Position numbers and translations under genes: made by a program. Below the pieces are notes generated by a model. That model worked only from the letters and a program-made list of their open reading frames with translations. It was not told where the DNA came from and searched no databases. This document shows positions 18,154-27,468 of a DNA stretch of 27,468 bases, one piece after another; the first letter of the stretch is position 1; each line of letters opens with the position of its first letter. Source of the stretch: Phycisphaeraceae bacterium (GTDB taxonomy: Bacteria > Planctomycetota > Phycisphaerae > Phycisphaerales > Phycisphaeraceae). Location of the stretch: assembly GCA_003551485.1 (NCBI GenBank), contig PUMS01000100.1:1-27468 (forward strand), read 5' to 3'.

Positions 18154-18430
18154 GCGGTTACAATCACAACTCGCGGCCGGGCCCCCTCGCGGGGCGGACC
18201 GGGGCGGTGCCGCCGGGGGCGGGTGGGGCAGGTGGGACCAGAGATTATACGGGGATGGCCGCGAGCCCGGGGGCAGCAGCAAGCGGGCATAAGGCAGCGG
18301 GGTGTGCCGAAAACCCCCGCCCCCTTCAAGCCCCCAGCAGACCACCCATAGCCTGTCGAAGGGGCATGAGAGGACGTCGGCTTGCCCCCGACATTTCCGT
18401 TGAGCGTCCACACACAGATTCTTCGCGTGG

Positions 18431-18459
18431 TTGACGGGGTTGGAGCGGGGCCTTAGCAT
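18431..18459 (+). promoter_or_regulatory. sigma70 promoter for tRNA-Gln
   Basis: TTGACG (18431-18436), 17-nt spacer, TAGCAT (18454-18459), about 95 nt upstream of the tRNA. Confidence 0.65.
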
Positions 18460-18554
18460 GATCCGATAGCAATCGGGGGGCCGCCAGGAGGGGTCCCGTG
18501 TGTGCCCTCCCGGGCGCCTTGGGGATGCCTATCGGGGGCGCCTGATTGCTCCGG

Positions 18555-18627
18555 TGGCCCGTAGTTCAATTGGCAGAACGCCTGACTCTGGATCAGGAGG
18601 TTCCAGGTTCGACCCCTGGCGGGCCAG
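18555..18627 (+). tRNA. tRNA-Gln (anticodon CTG); 3' CCA not encoded
   Basis: Acceptor stem TGGCCCG/CGGGCCA with the U1-A72 pair typical of Gln, D-arm GTTC..GAAC, anticodon arm CCTGA-CTCTGGA-TCAGG, T-arm CCAGG-TTCGACC-CCTGG. The discriminator G is followed by CTT. Confidence 0.97.
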
Positions 18628-18640
18628 CTTACCCCCCCCC

Positions 18641-18674
18641 AACGCCCCACTGCGGTTCGCCGCGGCGGGGCGTT
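18641..18674. terminator. Long GC hairpin with a TTCG loop between tRNA-Gln and the convergent trpB (probable terminator)
   Basis: AACGCCCC-a-CTGCGG-TTCG-CCGCGG-c-GGGGCGTT followed by CTTC. Confidence 0.5.
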
Positions 18675-18786
18675 CTTCATGGAGCATCGGCCTCGAATCA
18701 CCGCAGCGGCCTGCACGCAGCGGGAGGGATGGATGATGGCCCGCGCGCCGTGCCCGTCACCCCGGTAAGACCCATTCGATGCGGCC

Positions 18787-20004
<1,218 letters not shown>

Positions 20005-20186
20005 GGCGGGTGGTCCGGTGGCCTGGTCGGGAATGCGGCCGCTGTCGCGGCGCGGGGGTGGATTGTAGCGGGTCGATGGGCACGGCCGGACCGCGGCGGT
20101 ACCGACCCGCGGTGGGCAGGATCGTCCGCGACCCGGTGACCGGTCGCCCGGTGTCGCGGAGCCATTCCGGGGCCGTTGTGGGAGGC

Positions 20187-20561
20187 TCACGTCTTATGGA
20201 TGGTGACGGTGAGTTTGCGGCTGGCGAACTGCTGCTTGTAGAGCTCGGCCCGCTCGCGGTGAGTGGTCAACAGCAGGGACCTGCCGCGGAAATGGGCCTC
20301 AAGGGTGCGCCGGATGGCCTCCGGGCGCTTCAGGGGGGTGAGCATCTGGACGGTTTCGATGACGTAGTGGATCTCGTTCACATCATCGTTGTGGAGGATA
20401 ACCTGCCATGGCGGCAGCCTGTCGGTGGCCGGGCGTGCCGGCTTGGGGCGCGACCGGGTACCGGTGGCGGCATCGGTGGCGTTCCCCTCATCTGGTCGGG
20501 ACTCAGCGGGGGGTCGCACGGCGGTGCTGTCATCGGGGTGGGGAAGCGATTCAGGCGCCAC
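20187..20561 (-). CDS. clpS: ATP-dependent Clp protease adaptor ClpS
   Basis: Part of ORF 20187..20648. GTG at 20561 after TAAGGAG. Core [18 protein letters not shown]...[19 protein letters not shown]. Confidence 0.9.
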   Translation of the reverse strand: MAPESLPHPDDSTAVRPPAESRPDEGNATDAATGTRSRPKPARPATDRLPPWQVILHNDDVNEIHYVIETVQMLTPLKRPEAIRRTLEAHFRGRSLLLTTHRERAELYKQQFASRKLTVTIHKT

Positions 20562-20596
20562 GTTCGCACTCTCCTTACACGTTCGCACTCTCCTTA
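20559..20596. repeat. Perfect 19-bp tandem duplication covering the clpS RBS and start codon
   Basis: CACGTTCGCACTCTCCTTA at 20559-20577 and 20578-20596. On the minus strand this reads TAAGGAGAGTGCGAACGTG x2. Confidence 0.95.
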
Positions 20597-20767
20597 AGGG
20601 ATTGCGGCATTGTAAATGCAGCATAGACCCGCCCCGGCACCCGGACAAGCGACAGGGGGAAAAGCCGTGGCGCCGCTGGGTCGGCGTATCTTGGGCTAAA
20701 TGCCGTTGGCGTCCATCCCTGGCGCTGGTGGCCAGGCCTCACGTGGCACCCGGCGGGGCCTCGACGT

Positions 20768-21706
20768 TCAGTACCACCCCTGCTGCTGCGGCCACATCGC
20801 CCGGACCTGTTCGATCTGCTCGGCGGTGCGTTCATCGAGGCCGCGGCCGTTGGAAGCCCCCACGTTGGCCTCGAGTTGCTCGATCGTGCGGGCGCCTGGG
20901 ATCAGGCACGAGATGGCCGCGGGCGTGAGGGCGAAGTGCATGGCCATGCGTGCCATGCCGTCGGGGTAAACCGCGGCGATGGGCTTGAGTTGCTCGGCCA
21001 ACTCGATCCGCCGCGCCGCCTTCTCCTGCCCGGCCAGCAGGGCCCGGTGGCCCTCGGGCACGGGGCGGCCCGCCTCGAACTTTCCGCTGAGTACGCCCTG
21101 GGCCAGGGGCAGTCGGCCCATCAGGCCCACGCCCGCTTTCGCCGCCAGGTCGAACAGCCGCTCGCGAGCCTGCACATGGAGGATGTTGTAGGTGATCTGG
21201 AGCACATCCACCGCCCCCTGCTCGATCAGCCAGACCGCATCCTCAGCGCTGTTGACCGCCACACCGATCAGGCGGATGTCGCCCCTTCGCTTCAGCCGCG
21301 CCATGCCCTCCCGCCAGTCGAAGCGCTGCATGTCCTGTCGGGAGGGACTGTGGAGCTTGTAGATGTCGATGCGGTCGCGGCCGAGGCGCTGGAGGCTGGC
21401 CTCGGCGGCCTGTTGGAGCCGCGCGGAAGAGAAGTCCGGCTCGCGGCCCGGCCCCGGCCGCGAGACCTTGGTCGCCACGAGCACCTTATCATGCCCGCGA
21501 AGGGCCTTGCCCAGCACCGATTCACTGGCACCCCAGTTGTACGATTCGGAGCTGTCGAAGACGTTCACACCCCGTTCGACGGCGCGGCGGACCAGCGCCA
21601 CCCAATGCTCCGGCGGCGGGCCGGGCTCGCCCAGGCGGTTGCAGCCCATGCCGATCTCAGAAACGAGCAAGCCCGTTGCACCCAACGGCCGCTGATGCAT
21701 CTGCAA
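20768..21706 (-). CDS. Aldo/keto reductase
   Basis: Motifs RPLGATGLLVSEIGMG, GVNVFDSSESYNWGASESVLGKAL, VATK, SLQRLGRDRIDIYKLHSP, IGV, QITYN, PLAQGVLSGK and IPGARTIEQLEAN. Confidence 0.93.
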   Translation of the reverse strand: MQMHQRPLGATGLLVSEIGMGCNRLGEPGPPPEHWVALVRRAVERGVNVFDSSESYNWGASESVLGKALRGHDKVLVATKVSRPGPGREPDFSSARLQQAAEASLQRLGRDRIDIYKLHSPSRQDMQRFDWREGMARLKRRGDIRLIGVAVNSAEDAVWLIEQGAVDVLQITYNILHVQARERLFDLAAKAGVGLMGRLPLAQGVLSGKFEAGRPVPEGHRALLAGQEKAARRIELAEQLKPIAAVYPDGMARMAMHFALTPAAISCLIPGARTIEQLEANVGASNGRGLDERTAEQIEQVRAMWPQQQGWY

Positions 21707-21716
21707 CGCTCCGCCA

Positions 21717-23798
21717 TCACGGCTCGAAGGTGATCTTGTCGAACAGGCCCAGCCGCGGCACGGTCACACCGTAGCGCACGCCCTGCTCATCGGCGATGCG
21801 CCGCACTTCGAGGGCCTCATCCTGCATGGCCGATCGCGCGCGTGAGAACGCCAGGTCGCCCACGCGCACCGCCAGGCTCACGTGCCGAAGCGGCGGCGGC
21901 TCGTAGAAGGCGCGGCCGTCCTGCCCGGCGAAGTTGACCAGGTGGACCACCAGCCTGTCACTGTCCCCCTGGCGCCGCAGCACCACCTCGACCCGCGGGC
22001 CGGCATCGGTCCAGATGCGCGGTCCCTGGCCGCGATGGCGCCGAACCAGGCCCGCCAGGAGCTGACCGTACTCGGGCAGGCAGAGATGATGGAAGTGACG
22101 GTCCGGCTGCCAAGGGACGTGAACGCTCACGCCCTGGCCCCACTGCCGCTCGATCAGTCCGGGCCAGTCGGTAACGTGGTCCCAGTAGCACTTTTCCGGT
22201 GGTCCAAAGCGATGCGGTGGAATCATCCGCATCACCGGATCGGCGTCCTCGGGCATCCCCACGTGCACATAGGGGCCGAGCAGGGCCATGAGCTGGCTGT
22301 CATCGAAGCAGCCCAGCCGGGCGCGTTCGGCTTCATCGGGCACCAGGTAGGCCCCGCGCATGTCACTGACGGTGCGAAGCGCCTGCTCCATGCCCAGGCA
22401 GCCCAGCAGCGGCGCCGGCCGCGCCCGGCCCTGCTCATCGTAGCAGCCGGTCTCGAAGCCGGCGATCAGCCGGCGGCCGGCGTCGACGAACTCATCCAGC
22501 CACCGCCCCTCCTGGTCGCCCAGGCACGGCAGGTGCGGCAGAATCATGAGCTGGTAGCTCTGCAACCGCTGCTGCTTGGCCAGTTCCGGCAGGTCGCTCT
22601 CGGCAATGACATCGAACGGCTCATGCGACTGCACCAGTGCCCGGTACCAGCCTCGGAAGGCATCCTGCGTGGCCGCGTGGCGGTCGGCACCGGGGTAACA
22701 GGTGCTGCTGCGGTCGGGCCGGATCAGCGCTGTGGTGGCGCAGGGACGAAGGTCGGCGTAGTCGGCGGCCTCGCGCTGATGGAACTGGCATATCTGCCGC
22801 GCAATGGCGTGGTTTCGGCGATCCCACTGCCGCGTGGTGCCCAGCACGTAGAGGTAGGGGTTGGCGCCGTGGGCCAGTATCTGCGCCAGGCGAAGGCCGA
22901 TGTAATGCGGCTGCTCGGCGGCGAAACGGTAAGGAATGTCCAGAAACAGCACGCTGTTGATGGCCACCGGCACCTGCGGGTGGGCGCCCTGTGACTGCTT
23001 GATGCGCTCACCGGTGTGGTGGGCCCAGTAGGGCAGCGGCCGGTCGATGGCGTTGTTGATCTCGTGCAGGATGACATCGCCCACGCCCGCATGGGCAAAA
23101 AGCACCAGCGGCACATCGGGCCGCCGCTGGTGGATGAAGTCCTTCATCCTCGCGGCCAGGTCGCGGGCGGTGGCCTCCTTGAACTTCTGGTAGGCGCCCC
23201 AGGCCGGGTCGGTCCGGTCCTCGCGCAGTGGCAGGGCCATACCGCTGCTCTCACGAAACGCGCGTCGGCAGTAGAAGCACTGGCAGACGCCGTGGTCGTT
23301 TCCGCTGTAGTCGCGCTGCGCGAAGCCGAACATGTTGAAAAACAGCCCGTCGATGGGGTAGTTGTCCAGAATTTCGGCCAGAATCTCGAAGCTGCAGAAC
23401 TGGTTGTACGGGCCGCTGGGGCAGGCGCTGTAAAGCCCGTTGTATACCTGAGGCCGACCATCGGCGCGCAGGAAGAACCAGTCGGGATGGGCATCGTAGA
23501 CATGGCGGTGCTGCTTGCTGAAGTCCAGCCGCGAGATCACCCGCACCCCGCGGGCGTGCGCGGCCTCGACCGCATCCCGGATCAGGTCGCCGCTGGCCCG
23601 CTCGGCCAGCCAGGGACTGGGGTGCTGATACTCCAGCCGGCTGGGATAGAACGAGACGATGCCGCCGGTGTTGAGAAGCCACGTGTCGGCGTGCATGGCC
23701 TGGATGTCATCCAGTGTCTTCTCGACGTCGAGGGTGGCATCGACCTCGCGCAGGTTGGTCTGGAAGATACGAAACGGCTTGTGCCACCATTGCTCCAT
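21717..23798 (-). CDS. Hypothetical glycoside hydrolase (GHL6-like TIM barrel plus beta-galactosidase-trimerisation-like domain)
   Basis: Start MEQWWHKPFRIFQTNLRE at 23798. Motifs NTGGIVSFYPS, GDLIRDAVEAAHARGVRVISRLDFS, CPSGPY, IDGLFFNMF, CQC..CR..F, LILPHLPCL and LVVHLVNF. No signal peptide. Confidence 0.75.
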   Translation of the reverse strand: MEQWWHKPFRIFQTNLREVDATLDVEKTLDDIQAMHADTWLLNTGGIVSFYPSRLEYQHPSPWLAERASGDLIRDAVEAAHARGVRVISRLDFSKQHRHVYDAHPDWFFLRADGRPQVYNGLYSACPSGPYNQFCSFEILAEILDNYPIDGLFFNMFGFAQRDYSGNDHGVCQCFYCRRAFRESSGMALPLREDRTDPAWGAYQKFKEATARDLAARMKDFIHQRRPDVPLVLFAHAGVGDVILHEINNAIDRPLPYWAHHTGERIKQSQGAHPQVPVAINSVLFLDIPYRFAAEQPHYIGLRLAQILAHGANPYLYVLGTTRQWDRRNHAIARQICQFHQREAADYADLRPCATTALIRPDRSSTCYPGADRHAATQDAFRGWYRALVQSHEPFDVIAESDLPELAKQQRLQSYQLMILPHLPCLGDQEGRWLDEFVDAGRRLIAGFETGCYDEQGRARPAPLLGCLGMEQALRTVSDMRGAYLVPDEAERARLGCFDDSQLMALLGPYVHVGMPEDADPVMRMIPPHRFGPPEKCYWDHVTDWPGLIERQWGQGVSVHVPWQPDRHFHHLCLPEYGQLLAGLVRRHRGQGPRIWTDAGPRVEVVLRRQGDSDRLVVHLVNFAGQDGRAFYEPPPLRHVSLAVRVGDLAFSRARSAMQDEALEVRRIADEQGVRYGVTVPRLGLFDKITFEP

Positions 23799-23943
23799 GG
23801 GCGCGCTCCTCACTGGAAGCCAACGGGTCACTGCCCAGCCTACCCGAATCCATCACCCACGGCACGCGTGCAATGCGTATCGCCAGGGGGCGATTTCATT
23901 GCCATCACCGATCGGGCTTAACCGCCGCGGTAGGCAAGACCCC

Positions 23944-24161
23944 GTAGGGTGGGTAGAGCGAGGCTTGGCGAGCGAAACCCACCACTCCCCGCTGCGAGCA
24001 CGGCTTGCCACCCGATCTCCGCAAAACCACCACGCATTGCAGGGGGATGGCTCAACCCCTCATCCCGCATACCTGACCCTGTGGAAGGACTCGGCGCCTG
24101 GCGCAATCGCCACGGCTTATCGGTGGGTTTCGCTCGCAAAGCCTCGCTCTACCCACCCTAC
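23944..24161. repeat. REPIN-like element: two inverted 40-bp GTAG-type REPs around a 138-bp spacer
   Basis: GTAGGGTGGGTAGAGCGAGGCTTGGCGAGCGAAACCCACC (23944-23983) and its reverse complement at 24122-24161 differ at 1 position. Each has a 5' GTAG and an internal GGTGGGT/ACCCACC stem. Confidence 0.88.
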
Positions 24162-24229
24162 GGTCTACGGCATGCTCCCTTGTTGTCAGGGCAGGCTGCA
24201 AGCCTGCACCACAACCGGCCGTCATCTGT

Positions 24230-25615
24230 TCAGAACGCGAGCTGAAACTGCGTTCGCACGACCACCTGGCCGCGCTCACCGGCGCGGTCCTCACGCCAGC
24301 CCAGGCCGGGCGAGGCCCAGGTCGGGCCGATGCCGTTGAAGGCGTAGCCCACATCCGTGGTCCACTTGAGGTTGTGCTGGTTGAAGAACACGTTCACACC
24401 GGCGCTGAGCACGCTCAGGTCCGGCTCATCGTTGTTGACGTGGCCCCATTCGTAGCGGCCGATCAGTTCGACCATCTCGGTGATGAAGTAGCCGCCCTGG
24501 GCCACCACACCATACTGATCGCTGCCGCCCCCGCCACGCTCACGGGTGTGGCTGCCGACCACCGCGCCGAACAGGCTCCAGCGGTCGCCCTTGGCCAGGG
24601 CATCGACCGTCCAGCGGGCGTTGTGCTCGACCGGCTCCGCAGTGCCGCTGGCACTGGCCTGAAAGTGACCGGCGCCGCCGAGCACCACGGTGGTGTCTGT
24701 GCCGGGAAAGCCGACGTAGTGGATGTAGTCGCCCCACCCGCCGGCGAGTTTGACCTCGGAGCGGCCGGTGAAGGCGTACTCGGCGTTGTCGCTGTCCCAT
24801 CGGGTGTTCATCCGCCGCGCGCCATCGCTGAAGGCCAACCGCAATCGCCATACATCGTCCTGGTAGGTTCCCATCACCCCCTGCGAATAGGCCACGGCCA
24901 TCGACTGCGACACCAGCGAGCGATCGACCAATTGCTGGCGGATTTCAGAGACGAGGTACTCGTAGTTGAACGGCAGCTTGAACTGACCGGCGGTGATCGA
25001 GAATCCCCCGCCCAGGTCCTTGCGAACCCAGCTATCCAGAAGCAGCAGGTTGCCCTGGTTGTTGATCTTGACGATGAACAGATACTGCCACGAGGGGTCG
25101 ATCACGTGACCGGCGAAGCTGAACCGCGAGCTGGTCATGTCGAACCCGCCGCGCGAGCCGTCCACACCGTCGGGGGCGTTGTTCATGCGGCTGAAGGTGT
25201 AGCGCGGCTTGATCACACCGCCGATGCGCAGGTGGAAATCATCCTCGCGACCGCCGATGAAGAACCCGCCGCGATACCCCGCCACGGGCCCGGCATCGAG
25301 CGTGTCGCGTGTGGCGGCATCGTCCATGGCATCGGCGACGATCTGGCGCACCTCCTCGCGCCGGCTCTCGGCCATCCAGGCCTCCTCGCGCTGCCCGCGC
25401 AGCTCGCGCATCTCCTCACGAAGCTGCTGAACCTCCCGTCGCAGCGCCTCGACGTCACCCTCCTGCCCGGCCGTCGCGACCGCAGGATACACAAGAGCGA
25501 CAGAGCCGATAGCCAACAGCAAGCACCAAGCGGTCAGGTGGACTGGGGCCAGGATGCGGGCGATCAGACTCGGGTGACGATGGCTCGCCACCCGTGGACG
25601 GGGCTGCGGTGACAT
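24230..25615 (-). CDS. Outer-membrane porin (OprO/P-like, planctomycete type with an N-terminal coiled coil)
   Basis: 3' part of ORF 24230..26071. ATG at 25615 after AAAAAGGAG. Signal-like hydrophobic stretch, coiled coil (ALRREVQQLREEMRELR), alternating beta-strands, GQFKLPF and a C-terminal VVRTQFQLAF with terminal Phe (BAM-type signal). Confidence 0.85.
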   Translation of the reverse strand: MSPQPRPRVASHRHPSLIARILAPVHLTAWCLLLAIGSVALVYPAVATAGQEGDVEALRREVQQLREEMRELRGQREEAWMAESRREEVRQIVADAMDDAATRDTLDAGPVAGYRGGFFIGGREDDFHLRIGGVIKPRYTFSRMNNAPDGVDGSRGGFDMTSSRFSFAGHVIDPSWQYLFIVKINNQGNLLLLDSWVRKDLGGGFSITAGQFKLPFNYEYLVSEIRQQLVDRSLVSQSMAVAYSQGVMGTYQDDVWRLRLAFSDGARRMNTRWDSDNAEYAFTGRSEVKLAGGWGDYIHYVGFPGTDTTVVLGGAGHFQASASGTAEPVEHNARWTVDALAKGDRWSLFGAVVGSHTRERGGGGSDQYGVVAQGGYFITEMVELIGRYEWGHVNNDEPDLSVLSAGVNVFFNQHNLKWTTDVGYAFNGIGPTWASPGLGWREDRAGERGQVVVRTQFQLAF

Positions 25616-25651
25616 CAGGGCTCCTTTTTTTAGGGTAGGGGGGAACCGCAC

Positions 25652-25680
25652 ACAATAGTGGATGACCTGAATATCGTCAA
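25652..25680 (-). promoter_or_regulatory. sigma70 promoter for the porin
   Basis: On the minus strand: TTGACG (25680-25675), 17-nt spacer, TATTGT (25657-25652), about 35 nt before ATG 25615. Confidence 0.6.
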
Positions 25681-26088
25681 ATCCCCATACAGGCCATCCC
25701 CTTTCCCGCAGCCGCTCAACTCCCCCCTGCCTCGGGGCGCCACGGGTGATATGACCTCCAGTGCCTCCTTGTGCTCCAGTGACTCTGAGACCTTTGGCAA
25801 GTGCCCTGCCTGGCACGCAGCCAATGGCATCCGATGCTTCCCGCCCCAGCCGACCCGGCATTCGCGGCACAGCCGCATCCGCACCGTCCGCGTTCCGCAG
25901 CTCGGCGTGGCATGTAATCAAGTATCTGCAAAAACCGTTGTTATGCGCATGTGCCGGCTCCTTTGATCGCCCAGCACCTGCACCCTGGGCCACACGATGG
26001 AACCCGGCTCTGCCCCCCAACCCTGATCCGGTAACATGTCTGCCCTGCAACGCATCGCTCGACACACCCATTCGGCCCGGAGCCGCCC

Positions 26089-27468
26089 ATGCCGTGGGAA
26101 GCCTGGTTCACACTCGCCCTCATCGCCCTTGCCCTGCTGGCCATGGTGCGCAACTGGGCCGGGCCGGACCTGGTGTTGCTCGGCACCCTGGCGGCGGTCA
26201 CCGCCGTCGGGGCGGTCTTCAGTTCACCGCGGCTGCCCTCGCCGCCGGAGATGGTCGCCGGCTTCGGCCATCCCGCGCCGATCACCGTGGGGGTGCTGTT
26301 CATCGTTGTGGAAGGGCTGATCCGCACGGGCGCGATGATGCGGATCAGCGCGCCGCTGATGGGCCTGCCACGCTCGGCCCGCGAGGGTCAGTTGCGGCTG
26401 ATGCCGCCCGTGGCCGGCCTGAGCGCCTTTCTCAACAACACGCCCGTGGTGGCCATGTTCATGCCCGTGGTCGATGACTGGTGCCGCAAGAGCGGCATCG
26501 CCGCCAGCAAGCTCATGATCCCGCTCAGCTATGCCTCGATCCTGGGCGGCACCTGCACCCTCATCGGCACCAGCACCAACCTCATCATCGCCGGCCTGGT
26601 GCTCACCCAGCCCCAACTGCCGGAGTTGCGGCTGTTCGACATCGCCTGGCTGGGCCTGCCCTGCGCGGTGGTGGGCATCGGGTTCATCATCCTGCTGGGC
26701 CCGCGACTGCTGCCCGACCGCAGCCGCGGGATCGACGCCGCCGCCGACCCGCGCCAATACACCGTCGAGATGATCGTCGAGCCCGACGGCCCCCTTGTGG
26801 GCAAGACCATCGAGCAGGCGGGCCTGCGGCACCTCCAGGGGCTGTACCTGGCCGAGATCGACCGCGATGGGCAGATCATCGCCGCCGTCGGCCCCCAACA
26901 GCGCCTCGCCGCGGGTGACCGGCTGGTGTTCGTGGGCGTGGTCGATTCGGTGGTCGAGCTTCAGCGCATCCGCGGCCTGCGGCCGGCCACGAAGCAGGTG
27001 TTCAAGCTCGACACCGCCCGCGATCAGCGCAGCCTCATCGAGGCCGTGGTCAGCAGCGAATGCCCGCTGGCGGGCCAGAGCATCCGCGAGGGCGGCTTCC
27101 GCAGCGTCTACGAGGCGGCGGTGATCGCGGTGGCGCGCCGGGGCGAGCGGCTGCGGGCCAAGATCGGCGACATCGTGCTCCAGCCGGGCGATGTGCTGCT
27201 GCTCGAGGGCGCCCCGTCGGTGGTCCGGCGATTGCGAAACAGCCGCGACTTCTACCTGGTCAGCGCGGTGGGCGACAGCGCCCCCCGCCGCCACGAGCGG
27301 GCCTGGATCGCCCTGGGCATCCTGGCGGCGATGGTGGCGGTCGTCGGGCTGGGCCTGCTGGACATCCTCACCGGCGCCATGCTCGCCGCCGGGGCCATGA
27401 TCCTGACCCGCTGCTGCCGGGCCAGTGAGGCGCGGCGGAGCATCCACTGGCAGGTGCTGCTGGTCATC
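26089..27468 (+). CDS. SLC13 / DASS-family permease with TrkA-C (RCK_C) domains; 3'-truncated by the window edge
   Basis: Not in the ORF track because it has no stop codon in the window. Read by hand from ATG 26089 (GGAG upstream): MPWEAWFTLALIALALLAMVRNWAGPD...LSAFLNNTPVVAMFMP...SKLMIPLSYASILGGTCTLIGTSTNL...GKTIEQAGLRHLQGLYLAEIDR...GDRL...VIAVARRGERL..IGDIVLQPGDVLLLEG...IHWQVLLVI. Confidence 0.92.
   Translation, partial: MPWEAWFTLALIALALLAMVRNWAGPDLVLLGTLAAVTAVGAVFSSPRLPSPPEMVAGFGHPAPITVGVLFIVVEGLIRTGAMMRISAPLMGLPRSAREGQLRLMPPVAGLSAFLNNTPVVAMFMPVVDDWCRKSGIAASKLMIPLSYASILGGTCTLIGTSTNLIIAGLVLTQPQLPELRLFDIAWLGLPCAVVGIGFIILLGPRLLPDRSRGIDAAADPRQYTVEMIVEPDGPLVGKTIEQAGLRHLQGLYLAEIDRDGQIIAAVGPQQRLAAGDRLVFVGVVDSVVELQRIRGLRPATKQVFKLDTARDQRSLIEAVVSSECPLAGQSIREGGFRSVYEAAVIAVARRGERLRAKIGDIVLQPGDVLLLEGAPSVVRRLRNSRDFYLVSAVGDSAPRRHERAWIALGILAAMVAVVGLGLLDILTGAMLAAGAMILTRCCRASEARRSIHWQVLLVI

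Noticed and set aside
18154-18459. 100-aa N-terminal extension of LepA in the ORF track
   Set aside because: LepA homology begins at MEIRNF (18153). The extension is Pro/Arg-rich noise and spans the divergent tRNA promoter region.
25616-26071. 150-aa N-terminal extension of the porin
   Set aside because: A strong RBS before ATG 25615 and a sigma70 promoter at 25652-25680 place the start downstream, so the region is the divergent intergenic gap.

Overview
High-GC bacterial chromosomal window, most likely from a planctomycete. This is inferred from PEP-CTERM plus dockerin-type proteins, a prepilin/H-X9-DG protein, an orphan GroES and a coiled-coil porin. Most of it is housekeeping: nnrD, groES-like, aroA, an MsbA-like ABC exporter, rtcB, a serine hydrolase, lpxB, folK, cysH, lepA, tRNA-Gln(CUG), trpB, clpS, an aldo/keto reductase, a GHL6-type glycoside hydrolase, a porin and a partial SLC13/TrkA-C permease. 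The standout is a compact module at about 12.9-16.2 kb: a clear sigma70 promoter, an adenosylcobalamin-class riboswitch, then three co-oriented genes. These encode (1) a small PEP-CTERM surface protein resembling transcobalamin-C/DUF4430 domains, (2) a PEP-CTERM plus dockerin protein resembling BtuH-like B12-binding domains, and (3) a type IV prepilin-like H-X9-DG protein. There is no BtuB, TonB or BtuCDF gene in the unit, which suggests a non-canonical B12 capture system (inference). Other points of interest: a transglutaminase-fold protein lacking its catalytic Cys and His, a structured ~140-nt leader before an Fe-S-free cysH, a perfect 19-bp tandem duplication of the clpS RBS plus start codon, and three unrelated REP-like repeat families, one lying in frame inside the prepilin leader. 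No CRISPR, rRNA, transposase, integrase or prophage genes were seen. All family calls rest on motif recognition by eye, not database searches.
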